From assembly GCA_900545705.1 (NCBI GenBank), contig URAK01000008.1, positions 72,096 to 136,095 of the forward strand: DNA of 64,000 bases, written 5' to 3'. A program made the translations under genes and the position numbers. This document shows positions 45,812-53,910 of this stretch, piece after piece; within the stretch, counting starts at the first letter, position 1, and each line of letters starts with the position of its first letter. Source of the stretch: an uncultured Opitutales bacterium (GTDB lineage: Bacteria > Verrucomicrobiota > Verrucomicrobiia > Opitutales > Intestinicryptomonadaceae). The notes beneath the pieces are model-generated. The model was not told the origin of the DNA and did no database searches. It saw nothing but the letters and a program-made list of their open reading frames with translations.

Positions 45812-46762
45812 ATGAAAAGAAGAGAATTTATTGTAAAGACCGCATTGGGCACGGCGGCGGCCACGCTGCCTTTTTCAAGAGAACTTTTCGCCGAAGCTAA
45901 AAACGATCCCCAAAAACCCCTCGACATCGCCGCGATATTCGGCGGAACGGCCGCTGAAATGTTCGAGCGCGGAATCGCCGAAATGGGCGGCATGGGGCGT
46001 TTCGTGAAAAAGGGCGACTCTGTCGTCATCAAGCCAAACATCGGCTGGGACCAACCGCCGGAAGTCGGCGCCAACACGGACCCTGACCTCGTGGGGCTCG
46101 TCGTAAAAAAGTGCTTCGAGGCAGGCGCAAAAGAAGTATTGTGCTTCGACCACACTTGCGGCAACGACTGGCAAAATAGATATAAGATCAGCGGCATCGC
46201 GGAAAAAGTCGAATCAAACGGCGGAAAAATGGTCGCCGGCAACGACGAATTTATGTTTGTCGACCACGACATTCCACGCGGAAAATCGCTAAAGCACGCA
46301 AAAGTACACAAGCTTACCGTTAATCCAGATGTTTTTATAAACATTCCTGTCCTGAAACACCACGGCGGCGCGAAAATCACTTGCGCTCTCAAAAACTACA
46401 TGGGCTGCATTTTCGACAGGCAATGGTGGCACCGCAACAATATGCCGCAGTGCATCGCCGACTACTCCACATACCAAAAAACCACACTCACAATCGTTGA
46501 CGCCTACCGCGTTATGCTCGAGCACGGCCCACGCGGGAAATCGCCGAAGTTTGCGCCCGTCTCCAAGTACCAGATAATATCCACAGACATCGTCGCGGCG
46601 GACACGGCGGCAGTCCAGATTTTCGCCTCCATCGCGAAACGGCACGGAATGGGAAAGCCTTACGCACTCGACGAAATTAAGTACATCGCGCTCGCCGAAG
46701 AGCTTGGCGTCGGCACAACCGACCTCTCCAAGCTCAACATGAAGAGAATCTCCGTGGCGTAG
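45812..46762 (+). CDS. DUF362-family protein with a twin-arginine signal peptide
   Basis: 316 aa. TAT motif (MKRREFIVKTALGTAAATLPFS) and a DUF362-like core (VVIKPNIGW ... VLKHHGGAKITCALKNYMGC). Confidence 0.65.
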   Translation: MKRREFIVKTALGTAAATLPFSRELFAEAKNDPQKPLDIAAIFGGTAAEMFERGIAEMGGMGRFVKKGDSVVIKPNIGWDQPPEVGANTDPDLVGLVVKKCFEAGAKEVLCFDHTCGNDWQNRYKISGIAEKVESNGGKMVAGNDEFMFVDHDIPRGKSLKHAKVHKLTVNPDVFINIPVLKHHGGAKITCALKNYMGCIFDRQWWHRNNMPQCIADYSTYQKTTLTIVDAYRVMLEHGPRGKSPKFAPVSKYQIISTDIVAADTAAVQIFASIAKRHGMGKPYALDEIKYIALAEELGVGTTDLSKLNMKRISVA

Positions 46763-46840
46763 CAAAAACCTCTGGCGCGAAGATAAAAAAACTTCGCGCC
46801 GACTTCGCCCGAAGTTTTACGCTTTACCCGCAAGATTTTT

Positions 46841-48739
46841 ATGAAAACATTTAAATTTCTGAAAGCGGCGAGAGTTGTCGTCGCGCTATTGTTGTTCTGC
46901 CTTATAAGCGCGCAATTCCTCGATGTGTACCACAGCCTCGGGAAGACGTATTGGGCGGCGAACCCGACGTCGCTTATGTATGCGCCGTCGCTTTTAAAGG
47001 CCCTGTCGGGGGCGGGGCTTGCAGCGGGCTGGGCGTTTATTGCATTCTCTCTCGCGGCGTTCGCGTTCGGGAGGGCATACTGCTCTTTCGCATGCCCGTT
47101 CGGGATTTTAATGGATATTTTGAGAAGAATCTCGGTGTATCCTGCAAAATCGCGCCTCCTAAAAAACACGGCGATTGGGAAGTTCTGCAAAAAGACTTTC
47201 GCCGCGCTTAAATACTCTCCGGCTGTCCCGTTTGCAAGGTGGATATTCCTCGCGCTGTCTGTGGCGGCCGTCGCATTCGGATACGGGGCGCTCTTCGGAT
47301 TTGTAGAGCCGTATTCTCTCTATGGGAAAATTATGGGGGGCATCGTCCACCCGGCGGCGAGCGTGGCAGTCGACGAAAGCGGAAGGCTGCTTGCAAACTT
47401 CGGCGTATATTCCATTCCTCCTGTCGGGGGAGATCCGACAGTCGCCCTCGCTTCTTTTGCGGTGGCAATTATAATTCTCGTAGCGATTTGGGCGGCGAGC
47501 GCACTATCGGGCAGAATTTATTGCAACACAATCTGCCCGGTGGGGGCGCTTCTCGGGCTATTTTCAAAAGCGGCCGTTTTTAAGCTCTCAATCGACAAGT
47601 CTTCATGCGTGTCCTGCGGGTTGTGCGAGCGCAACTGCAAAAGCAAATGCATAGACTCAAAAGGCAAGACGCTCGACTTCTCCAGATGCGTTCTATGCTT
47701 TAACTGCGCCGCAAACTGCCCAAAGAAATCCATATCTTTTGAATTTATCGCATCTCATAAAGAAAAACCGTCCGCCGAAAACTGCGTTGCCCGCGCGGAA
47801 GGAATTCCTCACGAAAAAAGACTCAGTCTCCAAGAAGGAAAGGCCAAAGAAAACAGACTCAATCGCCAAGAAAGCAAGACCGCTGAAAACAGCGTTGCGA
47901 ACTACGCGCCCACCGAAGGCAATCCCGGCAAAAGCAGTTTTTCGCCCACCGAAAACGAATCCGCAAAAAAAGACTTTAAAATGCCGAGGCGCTCATTCGC
48001 CGCCGGCCTGCTGCCGCTCGGCGCAATCCTCTGCTCCGCCGCAAAAAACGATTCCGCCGCGGGCAAAAATTCGGCGGCATCAAAAGACAATATCTCGCCA
48101 TATTCGCTCGACCCGTCGGATCCGCGAAGCAGAATGCCGTCTCCGCCCGGCTCGGTAAGCGTCGAGAATTTTCTTGAAAACTGCACGGGTTGCCAGATTT
48201 GCACTGCGGCATGCAAGGCGCATATCTTAAAGCCTTCCACAGGCCAATGGGGTCTCTCGGGATTTATGCGCCCGTATATGGACTATCTCGAAGGCTTTTG
48301 CCTCCACGCATGCAGAAGCTGCTCCGACGCCTGCCCAACTGGCGCGATTAAATTCATAACCGAGGAACAAAAGCGCTTTGAGAAAATTGGAACAGCAATT
48401 TTTAAGGAAGACCTGTGCGTCGTAAAAACCGACGGAACCGACTGTGCAGCATGCGCCGAGCACTGCCCTGTCCAGGCAATAGAAATGATTCCGTTCGGAG
48501 ATCCTAAAAATAGCCTCTACATTCCGCATGTGCACGAAGACGTCTGCATAGGCTGCGGCGCATGCGAATATATATGCCCCGTGCTGCCTAAAAAGGCAAT
48601 CGTCGTAAGGGGGCTTGCCGTGCACACGCGCGCAACGCCGTTCGATGAATCAATGCGCATATACAAACCGGAGCAGGAAGAAAAGAAGCCGACTAAAAAT
48701 GCGGTTCCTGTCGATACCCAAAACCCCTTCCCGTTTTAA
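46841..48739 (+). CDS. membrane-anchored polyferredoxin, NapH/MauN-like N-terminus plus multiple 4Fe-4S domains
   Basis: 632 aa. TM segments carry CSFACPFG and CNTICPVG motifs. At least six CxxCxxCxxxCP ferredoxin motifs. A low-complexity linker of about 140 aa, with imperfect duplications at DNA level (47760-47960), separates the ferredoxin domains. Confidence 0.8.
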   Translation: MKTFKFLKAARVVVALLLFCLISAQFLDVYHSLGKTYWAANPTSLMYAPSLLKALSGAGLAAGWAFIAFSLAAFAFGRAYCSFACPFGILMDILRRISVYPAKSRLLKNTAIGKFCKKTFAALKYSPAVPFARWIFLALSVAAVAFGYGALFGFVEPYSLYGKIMGGIVHPAASVAVDESGRLLANFGVYSIPPVGGDPTVALASFAVAIIILVAIWAASALSGRIYCNTICPVGALLGLFSKAAVFKLSIDKSSCVSCGLCERNCKSKCIDSKGKTLDFSRCVLCFNCAANCPKKSISFEFIASHKEKPSAENCVARAEGIPHEKRLSLQEGKAKENRLNRQESKTAENSVANYAPTEGNPGKSSFSPTENESAKKDFKMPRRSFAAGLLPLGAILCSAAKNDSAAGKNSAASKDNISPYSLDPSDPRSRMPSPPGSVSVENFLENCTGCQICTAACKAHILKPSTGQWGLSGFMRPYMDYLEGFCLHACRSCSDACPTGAIKFITEEQKRFEKIGTAIFKEDLCVVKTDGTDCAACAEHCPVQAIEMIPFGDPKNSLYIPHVHEDVCIGCGACEYICPVLPKKAIVVRGLAVHTRATPFDESMRIYKPEQEEKKPTKNAVPVDTQNPFPF

Positions 48740-48765
48740 CTCTAAAAAAGGCAGATACCGCCGCG

Positions 48766-48802
48766 AAAAAAAAGACGCCCAATTTGAGGCGTCTTTTTTT
48801 TC
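48766..48802. terminator. bidirectional rho-independent terminator between the polyferredoxin and EamA genes
   Basis: An A8 run, then stem aagacgcc/ggcgtctt with loop caatttga, then a T8 run. Confidence 0.7.
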
Positions 48803-48904
48803 GCGCAATTTACTTGCGGAATACTGGAGGCTCTCAGTTTTACTAAGGCATTTTTTAGCGCGCTATTATTTCAAAACGCCCGCCGTTATTGTTGAAATCC
48901 AAAA

Positions 48905-49846
48905 CTATTTTGCCGCAACAAGCGCGTGCCCTCCTGCGGACACGGGAGAATCGGAGGGCGGCGAAATGGGTATTTGCGCAAAGAATATAAGCGCACCTAT
49001 CGACAATAACATCGCCGCAAGCCACCGCGAATCAACTTTGTCGGGAACCCCCAAGAGTTTGTCGGCAAGCATTATCCATAGCGGAGCGGTAAGCGAAAGC
49101 GCACTTAGATATGCCGGATTCGGAACGTACAGCGCCGAAAGATTTCCGAAAAATATCGTAGCCGAACTCACTGCCGACATTAAAATTCCCGCAGTTATTA
49201 TCCGTTTTGACGACAATGCGCCAATCAATTTTGCCCCGCCGCCGTGCACCGCAAATACGGTCAAGTTTATCGCGCCGCTTAAAAATATTGCGCATAGCGG
49301 ATAATAAACCGCCGCGCTTTCAAAAGCCACAGCCTCCATTGCCTCCTTGCGAACTATCATCATTACGGCGAGCACTAACACAGCAGGCGTAAGAAAAGCA
49401 AGCTGGCTCCTCATTGCGCCCCCGCCGCTGTTCATCTTATAAAAGCTCAGGCAAATCGCGGCCATGGAAACTGCCAAACCCGCAAAAACAACAGGGGCTC
49501 CCTCAAGCTCAAAAAATCTTTTTGGCATTATAATCCATCACATTACAACGCCGATTGGGACGGCAAGCATGCTTATTCTCGATGTAGTTCCGGCGCCAAA
49601 CCTTGCGGCGGAAGCGTAAAGGCGCGAGTTGAAAAAGGACGACAACATTCCCTCAAATACAATCAGCGCCCAGAATTCAGGCGATTTCGGGAACGGCACA
49701 AAAAATGCGGCGGGGCTATATATCGCAGCAACCCCGACGCCCCTTAGCCCAGACATCAAAACGCCCTCTATTTTGTATTTTTGGCTTACGAGCATTGTTC
49801 CGGCGTTGAACACCGCAAATAATATCCCTGCCGCAAGCCATAGCAT
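48905..49846 (-). pseudogene. EamA/DMT-family transporter gene interrupted by one in-frame TGA
   Basis: ORFs 49538..49846 and 48905..49528 share one frame and are separated by TGA plus 3 codons (..PIGVVM*WIIMPKRFF..). Joined length is about 312 codons, normal for a 10-TM EamA protein. TGA is an ordinary stop elsewhere in the window (larE, the methyltransferase). Confidence 0.6.
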
Positions 49847-49946
49847 AACTCTTTCGACGGCTTTTTAGGGCAAAAGTTCCATCTTGCTTTATGCTACGCT
49901 CAAAATCCGCGCATAGATGCAAGTCAAATCCGCGGACGGACCAATG

Positions 49947-50624
49947 CTATTCAAAAAACAGCGCCAGCGCACACAGCAGAATTACAGCCCCCGCGATTGC
50001 ATGCCCCCACCTTCGCAAAAAGAAAGTGTCGCTCTTTATAAAATTCAAGCCGAGCGAAACCGCCGATACGCAGGCGAGCATCGCCGCCAAAGTAGATGCC
50101 GAAAATGCCGCCACCACGGCGCAAACGCCCTCCCAGTTTCCATCAGAAGCCGGAACCATCACAAGGGGCGCGAGTATTTCGCACGGGCCAAGCGTAAAAA
50201 TCAAAAACAATGTCCAAAAGTTCGCCTTGTCCGACAACCCGCCGATTTTTTTTGCGCCCGAATCGGCTTCGCAGCAATGCATTCTCCCCCGCCCCGATAT
50301 CGAAACGCGCAATCCGAGAAAAAAGTACACTATTGCAAACGCAAGAAACGCCCATTTCATTATGTCCTCGCGCGCAGCGTCGAGAAGAGAAGCCTCCCCC
50401 ACACCCGCACCAAATGCGATTCCCAAGCCCCCAACCAAGGCTGATGAAAGCAAATGCCCCATGCCGCAGGCAGCCGCAAACGCAAGAATCTTCGGAAGGC
50501 CCCACCCGTGCGACTTTCCAATCGCGACAAACGGCAGGTAGTGCGCCGGATTCGCCGCCGTATGCACCGCACCAAACGCCGCCGCAGTCGCCGCCAAAGC
50601 CAATATTCCGCCGCTATCTTCCAT
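49947..50624 (-). CDS. polytopic membrane protein with CcdA/DsbD_2-like Cys motifs and a His/Cys cluster, candidate metal (Ni/Co) transporter
   Basis: 225 aa, about 6 TM helices. GPCEILAPL motif in a TM helix, an MHCCEADSG loop, and several His in helices. Stop/start overlap with larB suggests co-transcription. Confidence 0.4.
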   Translation of the reverse strand: MEDSGGILALAATAAAFGAVHTAANPAHYLPFVAIGKSHGWGLPKILAFAAACGMGHLLSSALVGGLGIAFGAGVGEASLLDAAREDIMKWAFLAFAIVYFFLGLRVSISGRGRMHCCEADSGAKKIGGLSDKANFWTLFLIFTLGPCEILAPLVMVPASDGNWEGVCAVVAAFSASTLAAMLACVSAVSLGLNFIKSDTFFLRRWGHAIAGAVILLCALALFFE

Positions 50625-50625
50625 A

Positions 50626-51372
50626 TCACAACCTGTTTGCCAAGTGCGCGCAATAACCCGCGCCGAAACCGTTGTCTATGTTCACAACACTTACTCCATT
50701 CGCGCAAGAGTTTATCATCGACAGCAACGCGGAAATTCCGCCAAAACTTGCCCCGTATCCGACACTCGTCGGAACGGCAAAAACGGGAACTGAAACAAGG
50801 CCCGCCAAGACGCTTGCAAGCGCGCCCTCCATGCCGGCAACTGCCACTATTGCGCTGCATTTGCGTATTTCTTCAAGCCTGTCGGCAAGCCTGTGTATCC
50901 CAGCCACACCGCAATCGTAAAACGCCTTTGCGGGGCTTCCCAGAAATTCGGCTGTCACGCGGGCCTCCTCCGCGACGGGCATGTCGCTCGTGCCGGCGCT
51001 AACTACCGCGATTTCCCCGCGCACGCGCGGTTTAGGAGAATCGGAATTTATCCATGCCGCACCCGCTATCCCGCAATATTTCGCGCGCGGAAATTCGCGC
51101 AAAAAAGCCTCTGCCGACTCTGGAGAAAGACGCGTCGCCAAAACTCCGCTACCCCGCTCGACCATCGCCCTGGCTATATCTATAATCTGCGGCGGAGTCT
51201 TTCCCGCGCCGTAAATGACCTCCCCCGCACCGCACCGGCGCTCCCTCGCCGCGTCTATCGACGTGTGCGACAGCTTTATTATCGACATTGAATCTATCAG
51301 CCTCTCGGCCTCCGCCTCGCCTATTTCTCCGTTCTTGTACGAGCGCAAAATTTCTTTCAAACCGTCTTTCAT
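50626..51372 (-). CDS. larB: nickel-pincer nucleotide biosynthesis carboxylase/hydrolase LarB (PurE-like)
   Basis: 248 aa. PurE-like core (EIAVVSAGTSDMPVAEEA, AIVAVAGMEGALASVLAG) with the roughly 70-aa N-terminal extension typical of LarB. Confidence 0.8.
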   Translation of the reverse strand: MKDGLKEILRSYKNGEIGEAEAERLIDSMSIIKLSHTSIDAARERRCGAGEVIYGAGKTPPQIIDIARAMVERGSGVLATRLSPESAEAFLREFPRAKYCGIAGAAWINSDSPKPRVRGEIAVVSAGTSDMPVAEEARVTAEFLGSPAKAFYDCGVAGIHRLADRLEEIRKCSAIVAVAGMEGALASVLAGLVSVPVFAVPTSVGYGASFGGISALLSMINSCANGVSVVNIDNGFGAGYCAHLANRL

Positions 51373-52166
51373 ACGTTCATGCTTCCGCTTTCATAGCCTC
51401 TCAAATCTACACACGCGCGCGCGAATCCCGCGCCCTCGACAAACTCCGCAATCTTCGGCGCGAGGAAAGCCGCATTCGCATAAAACCTGCCCAAGTCCGC
51501 CGCGCCGAGCTCCACGCGCCCGACCTTGCCGTGAACCCTCACCCTTACCTGCGAGAACCCAAGCGAACGCACGCGCCTTTCAGCCTCGTCCACCCTTTTT
51601 AAATCCGTCTCTCCTATCTCTACACCCGTCTCGAAGCGCGTCATTAGACACGCCCCGGACGGCGCGAACTCGACGGGCATTCCCGCATTTTTTGCGTATT
51701 CCCTCACATCCGCCTTCGTCCACCCTGATTCCAACAGGGGGCTGCGAATTTTCAATTCCTTCAACGCCCTCATTCCGGGGCGGTAGTCCGACAAATCGTC
51801 TGTATTTGTGCCGTCGCACAAGACTCCGAGAGATTCTTCGGCGCATATTTTTAGAAATTCTGAAAACATTGCCCTCTTGCACAAATAGCATCTTTCGGGC
51901 GGGTTATTCCTTATCTCTTCTGGAATCCTGCCGTTTCTGACAACTTTGCGGCGCACTCCCAAATAGCGGCAGATTTTTTCGGAATTGTCCGTCTCTGAGG
52001 CGGGCATTTGCGGGGTATCGGCAGTAATGGCGGCGCAATTTTCGGCCCCTAAAACGGAGGCGCAAAAATGCAGCAACACCGCGCTGTCAAGCCCGCCTGA
52101 AAGGGCTACGGCAGCCCTGCCCAACCCGCGCAGATTCTCACTCAGCGCCTTTTCCTTCAAATTCAT
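51369..52166 (-). CDS. larE: nickel-pincer nucleotide biosynthesis sulfur transferase LarE (PP-loop ATP pyrophosphatase)
   Basis: 265 aa. PP-loop SGGLDSAV, a CYLCKR pair, and a conserved Cys in APSGACLMTRF. Overlaps larB by 4 nt and larC by 29 nt. Confidence 0.8.
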   Translation of the reverse strand: MNLKEKALSENLRGLGRAAVALSGGLDSAVLLHFCASVLGAENCAAITADTPQMPASETDNSEKICRYLGVRRKVVRNGRIPEEIRNNPPERCYLCKRAMFSEFLKICAEESLGVLCDGTNTDDLSDYRPGMRALKELKIRSPLLESGWTKADVREYAKNAGMPVEFAPSGACLMTRFETGVEIGETDLKRVDEAERRVRSLGFSQVRVRVHGKVGRVELGAADLGRFYANAAFLAPKIAEFVEGAGFARACVDLRGYESGSMNV

Positions 52167-53712
52167 CTAATATCTTTCTCGACAATTTTCCAAAAGGCAT
52201 TCGCGTTTTCGCCGAAATTTTTGCAATATCGTCGGCCTCCGCCTTCGACTTTCTTATTCCGCCGAAGCGCGCGGTCTTAACGCGCACTTTGCCGAACGAC
52301 GACTCAAACACAGTTTCCTCGCGCGGAAGGCTGTCCCGACGTACTCGCATTCGCCTGACTCCTAGCGTTCCAGACCTCTCAAAAAAAGCCGCCGCAACCC
52401 TGTCTTCGGCCCCAGTCGGGCACAATGCGCACACTTTTACGCCCACCCTGCACTTCTTCATTGCAATTGGCTCTTGCCATGCGTCCACGGCGCCTTCGCC
52501 AAAGAGCGACTGCGCAAATTCGGCAAGCTCCTCGGCGCTCATATCGTCGATATTCGCCTCCACAAGCGCCATCTCTTCGGTGAGCGTCAGGGGCTCTTGG
52601 CTCGTTTCGTAAACCATAACCCTAAGCACATTCGCAATTCCGGGAACGTCGCGGCCGCCTATCCCGACGCCGACAGACGAAATTTTACCCGAGAGCTTCG
52701 GCTCGTACGCATCGCACATTGAAGCTATAATCGCAGCGCCTGTCGGAGTTGTCGCCTCATGCGCGGCGCCCCCGACCTTTGACGGGAAAGACTTTGCAAG
52801 CTCCGCCGTCGCGGGGGCTGGAACCGGCATCACCCCGTGCGCGCATCTCACCGTGCCCGAACCAAGCTCAACCGCCGAAGACACTATTCTGTCAACCCCC
52901 AGCAGCTCAAAGCATACGGCTGCCCCTACTATATCGACTATCGAGTCAACCGCGCCGACCTCGTGGAAATGAACATTTTCGATTTCAACCCCGTGCACTT
53001 TGGCCTCCGCCTCGGCGAGCGCCCTAAAAATTTTCATGGAGTCGCGCTTGACCCTTTCGGACAATCCAGAATTTTCTATTATTTTGGCAATTTCCCCGAA
53101 TGTTCTATGTGAATGGCGGTGCGCTACCGCCCCGCCGTGCGCCGTTTCATCGAGGTTGTTGTGCGCGCGAGCTTCGGCTGAAGTTTTAATTTTCCCGCTT
53201 TCTTTTATAGAGTGCCCATTATTGGAGGTGCAATATGCTAAATTTTCCGCAGAATGTTCGTGAGTATTGTGGGCATGTTCGTGGGCATGGCGAGAATGTT
53301 CGCAAATATTGTGGGAGTGCGCGTGGGCGTCGTTGAAATGTACATGGGTATCGTGGGAATGTTCGTGCTGAAAGTGCCCGTTAGTATCGTGGAAATGCTC
53401 GTGGGCGTGGCGAGAATGTTCGTGGGTATCGTGGGAATGGTTGTGGTCGTAGTGCGAATGTTCACAGCCTTCCGAATGCGTGTGGCCAAAGTCTTCCGCG
53501 CCTTCGCATTCGCAGTTGTCGAGCGCGACATGTACGCGGGTTCCAAATATGCCAAGCCTGCTCTCGCGCGATATCTCAAGCCTCCAGCCTCCGACCCCCA
53601 ATGTTTGCAGCCGCCTTTCAAGTTCTGCCGCATCGGCCCCGGCGTCCACAAGCGCGCCGAGATTCATATCCCCGCTTATGCCCGCAAAACAGTCGTAATA
53701 TAAAGTCTTCAT
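52138..53712 (-). CDS. larC: nickel insertion protein LarC (DUF111) with an expanded His-rich insert
   Basis: Start taken at the internal MKTLYYDCFAGISGDMNLGALVDAG (the LarC N-terminal motif); the track ORF extends to 53790. About 100 aa of H-x-H repeats (HTHSEGCEHSHYDHNHSHDTHEHSRHAHEHFHD...HAHEHAHNTHEHS). C-terminal LarC2-like CTP-binding domain. Confidence 0.8.
   Translation of the reverse strand: MKTLYYDCFAGISGDMNLGALVDAGADAAELERRLQTLGVGGWRLEISRESRLGIFGTRVHVALDNCECEGAEDFGHTHSEGCEHSHYDHNHSHDTHEHSRHAHEHFHDTNGHFQHEHSHDTHVHFNDAHAHSHNICEHSRHAHEHAHNTHEHSAENLAYCTSNNGHSIKESGKIKTSAEARAHNNLDETAHGGAVAHRHSHRTFGEIAKIIENSGLSERVKRDSMKIFRALAEAEAKVHGVEIENVHFHEVGAVDSIVDIVGAAVCFELLGVDRIVSSAVELGSGTVRCAHGVMPVPAPATAELAKSFPSKVGGAAHEATTPTGAAIIASMCDAYEPKLSGKISSVGVGIGGRDVPGIANVLRVMVYETSQEPLTLTEEMALVEANIDDMSAEELAEFAQSLFGEGAVDAWQEPIAMKKCRVGVKVCALCPTGAEDRVAAAFFERSGTLGVRRMRVRRDSLPREETVFESSFGKVRVKTARFGGIRKSKAEADDIAKISAKTRMPFGKLSRKILDEFEGKGAE
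53190..53510. repeat. imperfect tandem DNA repeats encoding the LarC His-rich region
   Basis: Recurring gtgggcatgttcgtg / gtgggtatcgtgggaatgttcgtg-type units, read directly from the sequence. Confidence 0.7.
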
Positions 53713-53910
53713 ATATTTTTCGCGCCATTTTAATTCCAAAAAATAGCGCGTCAAGCCGTTTAGGCGCGCAAAAAATGGCAAAAAAAACACCTTTTTAACT
53801 TTCTCAGAAATTTGACTTATCGTTCATAAAACGAAAACAATTGAACTGTTAAAAATAAAAATGGCTTTTTACTTATTGATTTTTAAGCAAACAAATAATA
53901 ATTCCCAAGT

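Noticed and set aside
49529-49540. Selenocysteine or Trp recoding of the in-frame TGA in the EamA gene
   Set aside because: TGA clearly terminates larE and the methyltransferase in this window. The context (transporter TM region) has no redox rationale for Sec. Pseudogene or sequencing error is more parsimonious.
53713-53790. N-terminal 26-aa extension of larC as called in the ORF track
   Set aside because: The internal Met gives the conserved LarC N-terminus MKTLYYDCFAGISGD. The upstream extension (MFFLPFFARLNG..) is hydrophobic and unconserved in character and would begin within the divergent promoter region.
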